Source of the DNA: Octopus sinensis
Lineage: Eukaryota
Direction of reading: 5' to 3'
Length of the DNA stretch: 64,000 nucleotides
Assembly: GCF_006345805.1 (NCBI RefSeq)
Contig: NC_043007.1
Location: 20,708,001 to 20,772,000, forward strand
The translations under genes were made by a program, and so were the position numbers. Position 1 is the stretch's first letter; each line of letters starts with the position of its first letter. This document shows, piece by piece, positions 26,510 to 37,900 of this stretch. The notes beneath the pieces are model-generated. The model was given only the letters and a program-made list of their open reading frames with translations. It searched no databases and had not been told where the DNA came from.

Positions 26510-26870
26510 CCCTACCTCCTCCAGGCACTTGATGTAGGCCTCTGTGTTGAGTCTGAGGCTGTGTGGGAAGATGAATGGAGGCATAACGTCGTCATCACTA
26601 GTGATCACTCCAAACACCATGATGTTGACTGGATGTTTGATTTTTATCACTCTCGGTACATGTCCTCAGATTGACATCCAAATATTCTGAAATGGTTGTA
26701 TTGGAGCTTCTGGTATGACTACCAAGCAGTACAGTATGTCGTTTCCAAATTTCTGGCAGAGTGAATTGCAATCATGGTGCTGTTTTTCTCACAGACAGTG
26801 CCCAACTGTCCCTACTATACTGTGTAGTCAACAAAATCAAAAACAAACAATGCACATGCGCAAAATTAAA
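26510..26870 (-). mobile_element. Deleted Tc1/mariner (maT/DD37D-like) transposase remnant
   Basis: Minus translation KIKHPVNIMVFGVITSDDDVMPPFIFPHSLRLNTEAYIKCLEEV. Confidence 0.75.
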
Positions 26871-27133
26871 AATATAAAATCGCAACAATTTGCTCATCCC
26901 ACCCGCTTTTTCTTTTTTTCTTTTTTACTTGTTTCAGTCATTTTGACTGCGGCCATGCTGGAGCACTGCCTTTAATCGAGCAACTCGACCCCGGGACTTA
27001 TTCTTTGTAAGCCCAGTACTTATTCTATCGGTCTCTTTTGCCGAACTGCTAAGTGACGGGGACATAAACACACCAGCATCGGTTGTCAAGCAATGCTAGG
27101 GGGACAAACACAGACACACAAACACACACACAC

Positions 27134-28980
27134 ATCATCATCATCATCATCATCATCATCATTTAACGTCCGCTTTCCATGCTAGCATGGGTTGGACGGT
27201 TCAACTGGGGTCTGGGGAGCCCGAAAGCTGCACCAGTCAGTCAGATCTGGCAGTGTTTCTACAGCTGGATGCCCTTCCTAATGCCAACCACTCCGAGAGT
27301 GTAGTGGGGTGAGTGATTTATGTGCCACCGACACAGGTGCCAGACGAGGCTGGCAAACGGCCACGCTCGGATGGTGTTTTTATGTGCCACCGACACAGGT
27401 GCCAGATGAGGCTGGCAGACGGCCACGCTCGGATGGTGGTTTTTATGTGCCACCGACACAGGTGCCAGACGAGGCTGGCAGACGGCCACGCTCGGATGGT
27501 GTTTTTATGTGCCACCGACACAGGTGCCAGACGAGGCTGGCAGACGGCCACGCTCGGATGGTGTTTTTATGTGCCACCGACACAGGTGCCAGATGAGGCT
27601 GGCAAACGGCCACGATCGGATGGTACTTGTTACGTGCCCACAGCACGGAGGCCAGTCGATGCGGTACTGGCTACGGCCACGTTCGGATGGTTTTCTTATG
27701 TGCCACGTGCCACCGGCACTGGTACCACAAAGATACAAATTCCATTGATGTTCATCTATTTTTTTTTGTTTTGATTTTCACTTGTCTCAACAGGTCTTCA
27801 CAAGTGTCACAAGAAGGAAGGTATGCACAGGTGGACTGACTACGTCCCAGGTAGGGGCCATGGTTATGGCCTGACTAGTCTTGCCGGGTCTTCGGATGGT
27901 GTTTTTATGTGCCACCGACACAGGTGCTAGATGAGGCTGGCGAACGGCCACGATCGGATGGTGTTTGTCATGTGCCCACCGCACTGACTACGGCACTGAT
28001 GGATTTCTTGTGTGCCACAGGCACTGGTACCACAAGATACAAATTCATTGATGTTCATCTATTTTGTCTATTTTGATTTGATTTTGATTTTCACTTGCCT
28101 CAACCGGTCTTCACAAGTGTCACAAGAAGGAAGGTATGCACAGGTGGACTGACTAGTCTTGCCGGGTCTTCGGAAGGTGTTTTTATGTGCCACCGACACA
28201 GGTGCCAGATGAGGCTGGCGAACGGCCATGATCGGATGGTGTTTGTTACGTGCCCACAGCACGGAGGCCGGTCGATGCGGAACTGGCTACGGCCACGTTC
28301 GGATGGTTTTCTTGTGTGCCACCGGCACTGGTACCACAAAGTGTGTGCCACCGGCACTGGTACCACAAAGATACAGATTCCATTGATGTTCATCTATTTT
28401 GATTTGTTTTGATTTGATTTTTTTGATTTTCACTTGCCTCAACAGGTCTTCACAAGTGTCACAAGAAGGAAGGTATGCACAGGTGGACTGACTACGTTCC
28501 AGGTAGGGGCCATGGGTTATGGCCTGACTAGTCTTGCCGGGTCTTCGGATGGTTTTTTATGTGCCACCGACACAGGTGCTAGATGAGGCTGGCGAACGGC
28601 CACGATCGGATGGTGTTTGTCATGTGCCCACAGCACGGAGGCCAGTCGATGCGGTACTGGCTACGGCCACTTTCGGATGGTTTTCTCTTGTGTGCCACCG
28701 GCACTGGTACCACAAAGATACAAATTCCATTGATGCTCATCTATTTTGATTTGTTTTGATTTGATTTTGATTTTGATTTTCACTTGCCTCAACAGGCCTT
28801 CACAAGTATCACAAGGAGGAAGGTATGCACAGGTGGACTGACTACGTCCCAGGTAGGGGCCATGGTTTATGGCCTGACTAGTCTTGCCGGGTCTTCGGAA
28901 GGTGTTTTTATGTGCCACCGACACAGGTGCTAGATGAGGCTGGCGAACGGCCACAACCGGATGGTGTTTGTTATGTGCCC
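27134..28980 (-). repeat. Meta/RTE-tailed retroposon expanded into a tandem array (about five ~58-bp units plus about four ~310-360-bp units), nested in an OR SINE (26925-27133 and 28981-29165)
   Basis: Unit tttatgtgccaccgacacaggtgccaga.gaggctggca.acggccacgctcggatggtg; cacttgcctcaacaggtcttcacaagtgtcacaag recurs at about 27779, 28092, 28431 and 28781. Confidence 0.9.
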
Positions 28981-29441
28981 ACATATATATACATATATAC
29001 GACGGGCTTCTTTCAGTTTCCATCTACCAAATCCACTCACAAGGCTTTGGTCGGCCCGAGGCTATAGTAGAAGATACTTGCCCAAGGTGCCACGCAGTGG
29101 GACTGAACCCAGAACCATGTGGTTGGTTAGCAAGCTACTTACCACACAGCCACTCCTGCGCCTGTATATATAAAATAAATATTAGATTTGATTTTGTTTC
29201 AGAAGTGTCAAGAGTATATAACATTGATAAACGGCTACTGTGTTGAAATGTATATCTGTTGCTTTTGTGATCACTTCTGGGGTCATTTCATTTTGCCTGC
29301 CTCTGAGGTATATTGTTTTTTAACACAACAAAAGTGTAATTTTCAAACTTTCAAGCTAAAAAGCATTCTACATAAAATGGTAACATTCTAAAAATTTAGA
29401 AGACACCAAATTTATGTAACAAAATGAGATTTAAGTATGTT

Positions 29442-29839
29442 CTTTTCTACTCTAGGCACAAGGCCCGAAATGTTTGGGGAGGGGGGCCAGTCAATTAAAT
29501 TGATCCCAGTACGCAACTGGTACTTAATTTATCGACCACCAAAAGAATGAAAGGCAAAGTCGACCTCAGCGGAATTGGAACTCAGAACATAAAGACAGAT
29601 GAAATACCTATTTCTTTACTTCCCACAAGGGGCTAAACATAGAGGGGAGAAACAAGGACAGACAAACTGATTAAGTTGATTATATCGACCCCAGTGCGTT
29701 ACTGGTACTTAATTCATCGACCCCGAAAGGATGAAAGGCAAAGTCAACCTTGCCGGAATTTGAACTCAGAACATAACGGCAGACGAAATACCGCTAAGCA
29801 TTTTGCCCAGCGTGCTAACGCTTCTGCCAGCTCGCCGCC
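29442..29839 (-). mobile_element. Nin-domain SINE with two units and an alternative tail; 11-bp TSD
   Basis: TSD ttaagtatgtt on both sides. Confidence 0.85.
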
Positions 29840-30100
29840 TTAAGTATGTTGTATTGATACTGTTTTTATTGTAGAGCTGCTTCTTTTGCATATTTTGAAT
29901 TTATTCTGCTTATGTGGTGCCATTACAAACCAGCAGATAGTTTATGCTCTATCTGTTTATATTTCAGACTTGTAGATTCGATTTTGTTTTGGAAACGCCA
30001 TGAGTATGTGACATTGATAAGCCGCAACTATGATGAAATGCATATCTGTTGCTCTCGTAATCACTTCTGACGCAATTTCATTCTGCCTAACTCTGAAATA

Positions 30101-30655
30101 CAGGGTGGACCAAAATGATCTGACACATTTGGAGGCTTAATAAAAGCACAAAACAAGAAATAATGAAAAGAAAAATTTTATTTTCTGAATGTACATATAA
30201 TACCATTTTACTTCATTAAGTTTTAAAAATTAAATCAGCTAAATGCTTCCCATCATTGTCAACACACTATTGGAGATGCTCATGAAAGTTATCGATAACT
30301 CTATGGATCATTTCTTCTGGAATGGTTGCTATTTCTACACAAATTGCGCGTTTTAATTCATCAATAGACCGAGGGCGATGACTGAATACTTTTGATTTTA
30401 AATATCCCCAAAAGAAGAAATCACATTTAACCATTGCAGCAGAAATGAGCCATAGAGTTATCGATAACTTTCATGAACGTCTCCAACAGTGTGTCGACAA
30501 GGATGGGAAGCATTTAGCTGATTTAATTTTTAAAACTTAATGAAATAAAATGGCATTATATGTACATTCAGAAAATAATATTTTTCTTTTCCTTATTTCT
30601 TATTTTGTGCTTTTATTAAGCCTCCAAATGTGTCAGATCATTTTGGTCCATCCTG
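30101..30655. mobile_element. Tc1/mariner-superfamily MITE with ~205-bp TIRs and TA TSD
   Basis: TA-cagggtggaccaaaatgatc...gatcattttggtccatcctg-TA; minus strand encodes CDFFFWGYLKSKVFSHRPRSIDELKRAI...DGKHLADLIFKT*. Confidence 0.92.
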
Positions 30656-30685
30656 TATATTATATTTTTTTAACATTATACATCT

Positions 30686-30913
30686 TTAACCCTTTAGTGT
30701 TTAAACCGGCTATATCCGGCCCAAATATTCTATACATTTTATGTTCAAACTGGCCAGAACATGCATCTCACACCTACCCTGTAACGTCACTCTAAAAATA
30801 AGCAATTACATCTTTCCTATCTTGAAGGTACAAAATAATATCAGGTAATTTTTTAAAACTATGAATAAATAAGGATTACTTTTGACAAATTAATCTGAAT
30901 GCTAAAAGGTTAA
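30686..30913. mobile_element. piggyBac-type MITE (TTAA TSD, CCCTTTAG ends); partial relatives at ~42474-42850 and ~57657-57785
   Basis: ttaa-ccctttagtg...gctaaaagg-ttaa. Confidence 0.75.
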
Positions 30914-31306
30914 AGGGATTTTCCCTGGACAAAAAACCACAACTTTTGGCGTTTAAATAACACATGTACATTAAGTAAGTGGTCTTGATAATGTTTTCAT
31001 TATGGAGCAGCTTTTATTGCCTAATTTGAATCTAAAATAAATACTGTACCGTCAGTTCTATGCTGCATTTGATCAACACTTAGAAATTAGGAGTTAACTT
31101 TAAAGTGACTTCGTTGATTGAATAAATGATGTAAAAAAGATAGAGCAATGAAGAATAATGTTTTTTGTTCAAATAAGATGATCATTTATTTGTATCTTAT
31201 ACATGTTTTGATGCTTATAAAAAAAATGTTAGTTTGTTTATATTTATAAACATGTAGTTGTGCTTTAACTTTATAGCATCTAAACTTGCAGATTAATTTG
31301 TCAGCA

Positions 31307-31378
31307 GGCAGTTTAGCTTAATGGTATAGCACTCGGCCAGTCATTGAAGGATGTGGGTTTGAGTCCCATGGCTGTTTG
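31307..31378 (+). pseudogene. tRNA-like sequence (pseudo-tRNA or SINE head)
   Basis: A-box tagcttaatggtatagc and B-box gtgggtttgagtcccat; anticodon arm does not pair well. Confidence 0.45.
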
Positions 31379-31942
31379 TTGACAAATTTTTCCATTTTGT
31401 AAGAGTAATTTACCCAATATTTCTCCTGTTCTGACAGCGATTCTGCATTTGAAAATAAATTATCATCCTAATTCTATCTTACAATAAAACATTTCGACGC
31501 TTATAGATTTCTTTATTGGCCACGCAGGGCTAGACACAGAAGGGACAAAATACAAAGTAGAGCTTTTCTTTTTGGGAACAAGAGAAGGGGGTAAAAAAGG
31601 GGAGGGCGAATTCCAGTCTAAAGGGATCGTGAAAAAAAAGGGGGTGCGAATTTCAATCAAAAGGGATCGTGAAAAAAAAAGAGGGGGATTCCGATCAAAA
31701 GGGATCGTGGAAAAAAAAAGAAAAAAAGCTGGGCCGATCAATAGGGATCGTGTATAAAAAAAACGAATGTTAGTTTCTTTAAATTTATAAATATGTAAGT
31801 TTTTTTTGTTCACTTTTATTTTTTTCTGAATTTCTTTTTGCCCTTATTTAAAAAAATTTAACGACATCTTGCTTTTATTTATTTATTAATTAATATTTTT
31901 TTTTTTTTTTTGCAGCTCCTTTTTTCATTTTTCATTTTAACC

Positions 31943-34900
31943 ATGGTAGGAGTGAAGAGAACACCTAAATCAAGTAAGAAAATCCCTAAAGAAGCAAAAG
32001 AAGTAACTACTAAAAAAAGAATATGTAAAGATACAGAAAACGAGAAAAATACTGAATGTTTGTTTTTAAAACCTGAAGTGAATTTTAATGATTCCAATGA
32101 TTTTAAAACTCCTGAGAGGAAAATTGGTACCGGCAGATCTAGACTCCGTAACCAAATTGATTATGTAAGACTTAACGATCCTCAGAAAAAGGACTATTCT
32201 TTAATTAGAAAAAACGCAAAACAGAGTATATCAGCAAACACTTCCGTCGAATCTGTGAGCGTAACTCCTCCAGAAAGTTCCAGGAAACGTGCAAGAAAAT
32301 CTTCCCAGACCAAAAATGAAGATTCACATTTGCAAAATGTTACCCCATCTCCGAAACCTGAAAAAATTCATTTATCTCAGCCAAAATCTGTTAAACCTCC
32401 GAGTAAGCAACTTAAGGAGAGCAAAAACAAAGTAAATTCCAAATCAAAGACCTCAGATTTTGGTAAAAAGTTTCTTGAAGAAAAGTCTTTATGTAATACC
32501 CTGACTCAACAAATTTCCAAGTCTAGATTGCCAAAAAGTCAAAATTTGTTTGATTTGATTCAAAGTTCAGATAATAATGCTTCTTTTTCTGGCACCACAA
32601 TCTGCAAAAGTCCTTGTGACCCCTTGGAAATTGTGGAAAAAGGAAACTCTTCTTTCATTTCAGGTGAGCAGTCTGAAATATCTAATAGCAGCGGAACTTA
32701 CTTGCGAAATAGGAGAAAAATTAGTTATAAATTCAATATCAAAGAATCCAGAAAATGTGTTCCCACTGTTACATCTTCACATGTCTCCTCTGTTTCATCT
32801 TCACATGTCCTCTCTGTTACATCTTCACATGCCACCTCTGTTACATCTTCACATGACCTCTCTGTTACATCTTCCTGTATCCCTTCTGTTACATCTTCAT
32901 ATGCCCCCTCTGTTATGTCTTCACATGTCCCCCCTGTTATGTCTTCACATGTCCCCTCTGTTGCATCTTCACATATCCCTTCTGTTACATTTTCACATAT
33001 CCCTAATGTTTCATCTTCAATTGTCCATTTTGTTACATCTTCACATGTCTCCACTATTACATCTTCACATATTTCCCCGTTTACATCTTCACATGTCCCC
33101 ACTATTACATCTTCACATATTTCCCCGTTTACATCTTCACATGTCCCCATTGAAACAGCTTCACGTGTCCCTCTTGTTACATCTTCACATGTCCCCATTG
33201 AAACAGCTTCACGTGTCCCTCTTGTTACATCTTCACATGTCCCCATTGAAACAGCTTCACGTGTCCCTCTTGTTACATCTTCACATGTCCCCACCGGAAC
33301 ATCTTCACATGTCTTCACTGAAGTATCTTCACACATTCCTAATGTTACATCTTCACATATCTCCAATGGGACCTCTTCACATGTCTTTTCTGTTACACCT
33401 TCACATGTCCCCGCCGAAGCAGATTCACACTTTTCTACAGTTACATCTCCCCTTGTTTATGCTATTACATCTCCAATTGCTCCCACAGAAACAGGATTTG
33501 ACCATGGACAAAATAAACTGAAATTAGACAATGATTTTACTGAAGTACAAATGAAGGTGTGTCCTACATGCAAAGATGATTTTCCTGTTCTATTATTCGA
33601 AGAGCATGTACTACAATGTCTCAAGGAACAATTTCAGTCATCCAGCCACAAGCCATTTGACAATAAAACAAAACACAGCCAAATATCCCAAGATGAAATA
33701 TTAGCCCATAAGTTGCATGAAGAACTGAACGAAAATGCCTTGACAACTAACGACTCTCCAGAATCTGACAAAATCCTGTGTTGTATATGTAAAACAGATT
33801 TGACCTGCTTGAATTCATTACACAGAACTCAGCATATCAACACATGTATTGACCAGGCAGAAAATGCAAAAGCTCCCCCTGACACTCTAACACAATCTGT
33901 AGTCATTTGTCCTATGTGTGGGCAGCAGTTTAAGTCTTTTTCTTTAAGAGAGATGCATTTCAAAAGCTGTGGAAGGGATAAATTTATTGCACCTGGACAG
34001 CACGTTATTGCAAATGTCCATGGTGAACCCAGCAGATTGACCACAAACAAAAGGCAGCCAAAGAATAGAAAAACATCCAAGTCTAAAAAAGCTCCTGATG
34101 ATCAGCTTGAGCTAGCGCTAGCCATGTCTAATTCTCTTCAAGAAGAACAAAACAAACAGGAAGAGCAATTAAGTCGGTGTATCCAGAATATAAAAAAAGA
34201 AGTTTTGAAAGAGTTAAAAAATCAGAAAAACAAACAACTTCCGTTGTTAGTTACGTTATCGGATGAAGAGCGCCAAGAATGCAATGCCGGAAAAGTTGCT
34301 AATATTATGAACGAAAATTTTGAAAATGTTTCCTTAAGTAAAAGGCATAAACATAGTTCTTTAGTTTCAACAGAACCTTCCAATCTATGGCTAAAATCTT
34401 CGCTAACTCAGGCAGATTCTTCAAAACTTCCATTCTATGTGAATTCATTGATGCCCCCCATTGAAATGGATGTTTTAAATGTAGGAAGTCGATTGAAACA
34501 TTTATCTAGAAACACTGAAAGTGTTATTAATCGAAATACAACTGATTCTGCTGATAAAGAAACGGATGAGCAACCAGTAGCGCCAAGCCAAACTGCTCTT
34601 ATCTTAGCTGAGCTGGCCAATGACGATGAACCTACAAATGGTTCTATGCACAATCCTGTCGAAGATGAGTCACCAAATGTTCAAAAAGAAACGAATGAAG
34701 AACGTTCAACAGGTTTACTTACATCTTTAAGTTCAGACCTTTGTCAGTTAGTCAACAACTCTAGTTTTAGTGATGTTCAGTTTATGACAGCTGACGGAAC
34801 TAAAGTTTTTGGACATAAAATAATTCTCCAAATCAGATGCCCCAATATTTTAAACAGAGTCTCTACTCATCTTGAGACACCCACAGTTCATCTGAGCGAA

Positions 34901-37900
34901 GTATCTCATGATCTGTTAATAGTGCTTCTGAAGTATATTTATGCAGGGCAGTTAAATATAGATGAAACTCAAGCAAACAACTTAAGGATGCTCTCCCAGG
35001 AGCTTGAAATGCCTGAATTATTTCAAGCCTGTGAGAAAATATCAAAAACCAGTGTAAATCATAACCAACAAAGTTCAGATTTTTATCCATCTCCTTTAAA
35101 AACAGTTGATAGTATGATTGATTATTTGCTTGAAAGCTCAGATGACGATGTTGACAACAGAAATATTTGCCCAGAAAATCCAAGCTGTGATTATAAAATA
35201 TTAGATAGAGAGGAACAACCTCAAAATTCTCAGAATGACGACCAGTCTACTGTAACAAAAGATTCTGCCGAATTTCAAAATCCCACAAATTCCTCTCCAA
35301 ATGTTATCTCACCTTCTTCGAAAGTTTTGGAAAAATCATTAAATGGATATTCTGGTGATAATGGAAGCAATTTGGATTATTTGTCAAATGTGCCTGTTTC
35401 TTCTCAACTTGGATCATCTGCTCAGTTACCTGAAATAAACTGTGACAATCAGCCAAACGAACCACAATCTAATTACAATACTGATCCTTTATCCACTGAT
35501 AAAACTGACAATAACCCTTGTGATGTTGTGATGACACTGCAAAAGTCTCCATCCGACTTAACATCCTCACAGAACACACCTCATCCACCAGAGGCTGAAA
35601 AAGGTTTCGTGCTAAATAAAAATGTGCTTCCATCATTCACATCCACTTTGCCTGTTTCTACTAATTTAACTGATAACAGCAATAATAACTCTGATAATAA
35701 AGAGCAACACCAATTAAATAATGCTGAATTAATTGAAGATTTTTCTCCAATTCATTTTGAGGACGAATCTTTTAACAATTCTCCTGAGACAAAATCTAAT
35801 TGTGATGATATTGCAACACCCGAAAAGGACAACCTTCACAACAACAGGGAAAATGTATTAAGTTTAAGTGATGATCTGTCAAACATGTCCAAAGAATTAT
35901 TTAGTGACGAAGAGCTAGAAACTGCAGAAAACAACAAGACCAGTATCCAGAATAGTTTTCATAACCAACATGAATTCACATTGTCTCATCAAATAGTGGA
36001 AAATATATTTCCTTGCCATAAAGAAAATAAACCAGGCATTTCAGAACCTAGCTTTTCTAGTCATGAAATTGTCTCCTTAACTAAAGACAGCGACCAAATA
36101 AATAATAGTCCAAATGTAGATAATAACGTTGCAGATAATCCAGTTTGTAGGATTATTTATACATCTCGGTCTTTGACGTCTGCTGATGGATCAAACAAAG
36201 AACTGACTGTTCCTCTGTCTCTTCCTACAGAGACTAATTGTAATTTAGGAGAAAAATTTGGTTTTCTAAATTCTCCTGCTCCAGTTTTTCCAAAAACACA
36301 AGAAGTCAAGGACATAAATAAAAACCTGAATGATGATCAACCAGAGACTTTTTCTCAAAACCAAAATAGAAAAAGAAAACAAAGTTCTCTGTCCTGTTCA
36401 CCTTTAAACAGGAAGAAAACTAAGAAGGATCTTGAAACGGAAGGGAACAGTCATTTAACTTTATATAAGAGAAGTTCTCCAATTTTAGACTCAGACAATT
36501 CAAAGTTAGATACAAGCAAAGAGGTGCAGTTTTCACCAATCAATTCATTAAATTCGTCTGTTAATTTATGTAACGAGAGTGGCAGCAATGAAGTATACAC
36601 AGTAAAATCTGAAACGAGTATTATTACAGTTTTTAATGACAGCTATGAAAATACGCATCAGTTTAAAAATGAGAGTGATCTTGATATAAGTAAGGAGGCA
36701 TATGGGGACATTTCTGAGATAAATAATCTGCAAATAAGCCCTAAACAATCTAATGACGCTGAGTCAAATAGGGAATCCATTGGAAGTGCGTCTCCTGAAA
36801 AGAATTCGAGTTATGAAAATGATAGAGAAATATATGAAGAAAGTTTCTTTGCTGATGATATGAATGAAACAACTTATGGGAAAGCCCATTTTAGTGTATT
36901 AAATAGTTTTATCCAGGATAATCCTGACTTGTATAAAAAAATACTTGAGTATGAGCCAGTCGATTTTGGTGTTTTGAAGAAAAGACTTGGAGAATCTAAT
37001 ATAAAATGCTCAAATAAAAAACTGCTTGAATATCTTGAGAATCAGTGTATAACATTTATTTTGGAGAAAAATAAACGAAGTAGAAAGTCTTGCTCACCGC
37101 AGAAAAGAAAAACTGTTAAGGAAAACCTTAACCTAGAGGCAAGTAGTAATTTAGAAACAGTGGCAAGGGTGGAGGAATCATCAGAGAAATGTTCATTAAA
37201 TTCATCTTTTAATATTTCCGATGAGTTGTATAATGATGAAGACAGGAAAACTAAACAGTTTGATGGTGATGTTACCAATGAAGCTGAAACGGCAGATTTA
37301 AAGAAACTTTCCCCAAACATCTCGAATGATTTCTGTTCCACCAAAGAACACCAAGTGGAACCATCTGAAAAACCAAAGAAGAGATTTGTATTCAAAAAGA
37401 TTACGGCAAAATCCATAATTTGCAGTTCAACAGGAAACAAAAGTGTGGATGTTGGAAATCCTGACTCCCTTGTGAAATCGTTTACTGGACCATCAGCTTC
37501 TGATAAAAAAATTACAAACTGTGAAAACCTTCAGTCAAATCATAATGTCACCAATGACGTCTGGGGACAATTTTCTGATGATAATTTTGATGATATGGTA
37601 CCATTCTCCCCAGTACCTTCACATTCCAATGTTAATTTGAACTCCAGTAAAGATAAACTAGATTTACCTCCTGCAGCTGAACAAAACCTTGCTCCCTCTT
37701 CATCACATGATTGTTCTTACACAAGTATGATGGAAGATATAAAAAACTTGTCATGTCTGGGATCGGAATTAAATTGTACTTTATCTGATTCATTTGAAAA
37801 TATTGATCTGAAGGGTAATCCTGAAGCAAAATTTCAAACCCCAGCAAACTATCGTGAAAAAGAGCAAAGTATTCTTTCGCCCTTTACCCCAATGCCGGAT

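Noticed and set aside
27310-27625. Regular ~58-bp repeats resembling a CRISPR array
   Set aside because: Units are contiguous without unique spacers, lie in a eukaryotic retroposon, and no cas genes are present.
31910-31942. TTG start given for the SLX4 ORF
   Set aside because: It overlaps the polypyrimidine tract and acceptor; the ATG at 31943 has a good Kozak context.
32577-33521. Overlapping 314-aa and antisense 213-aa ORFs in SLX4
   Set aside because: By-products of the stop-free 33-bp repeat.
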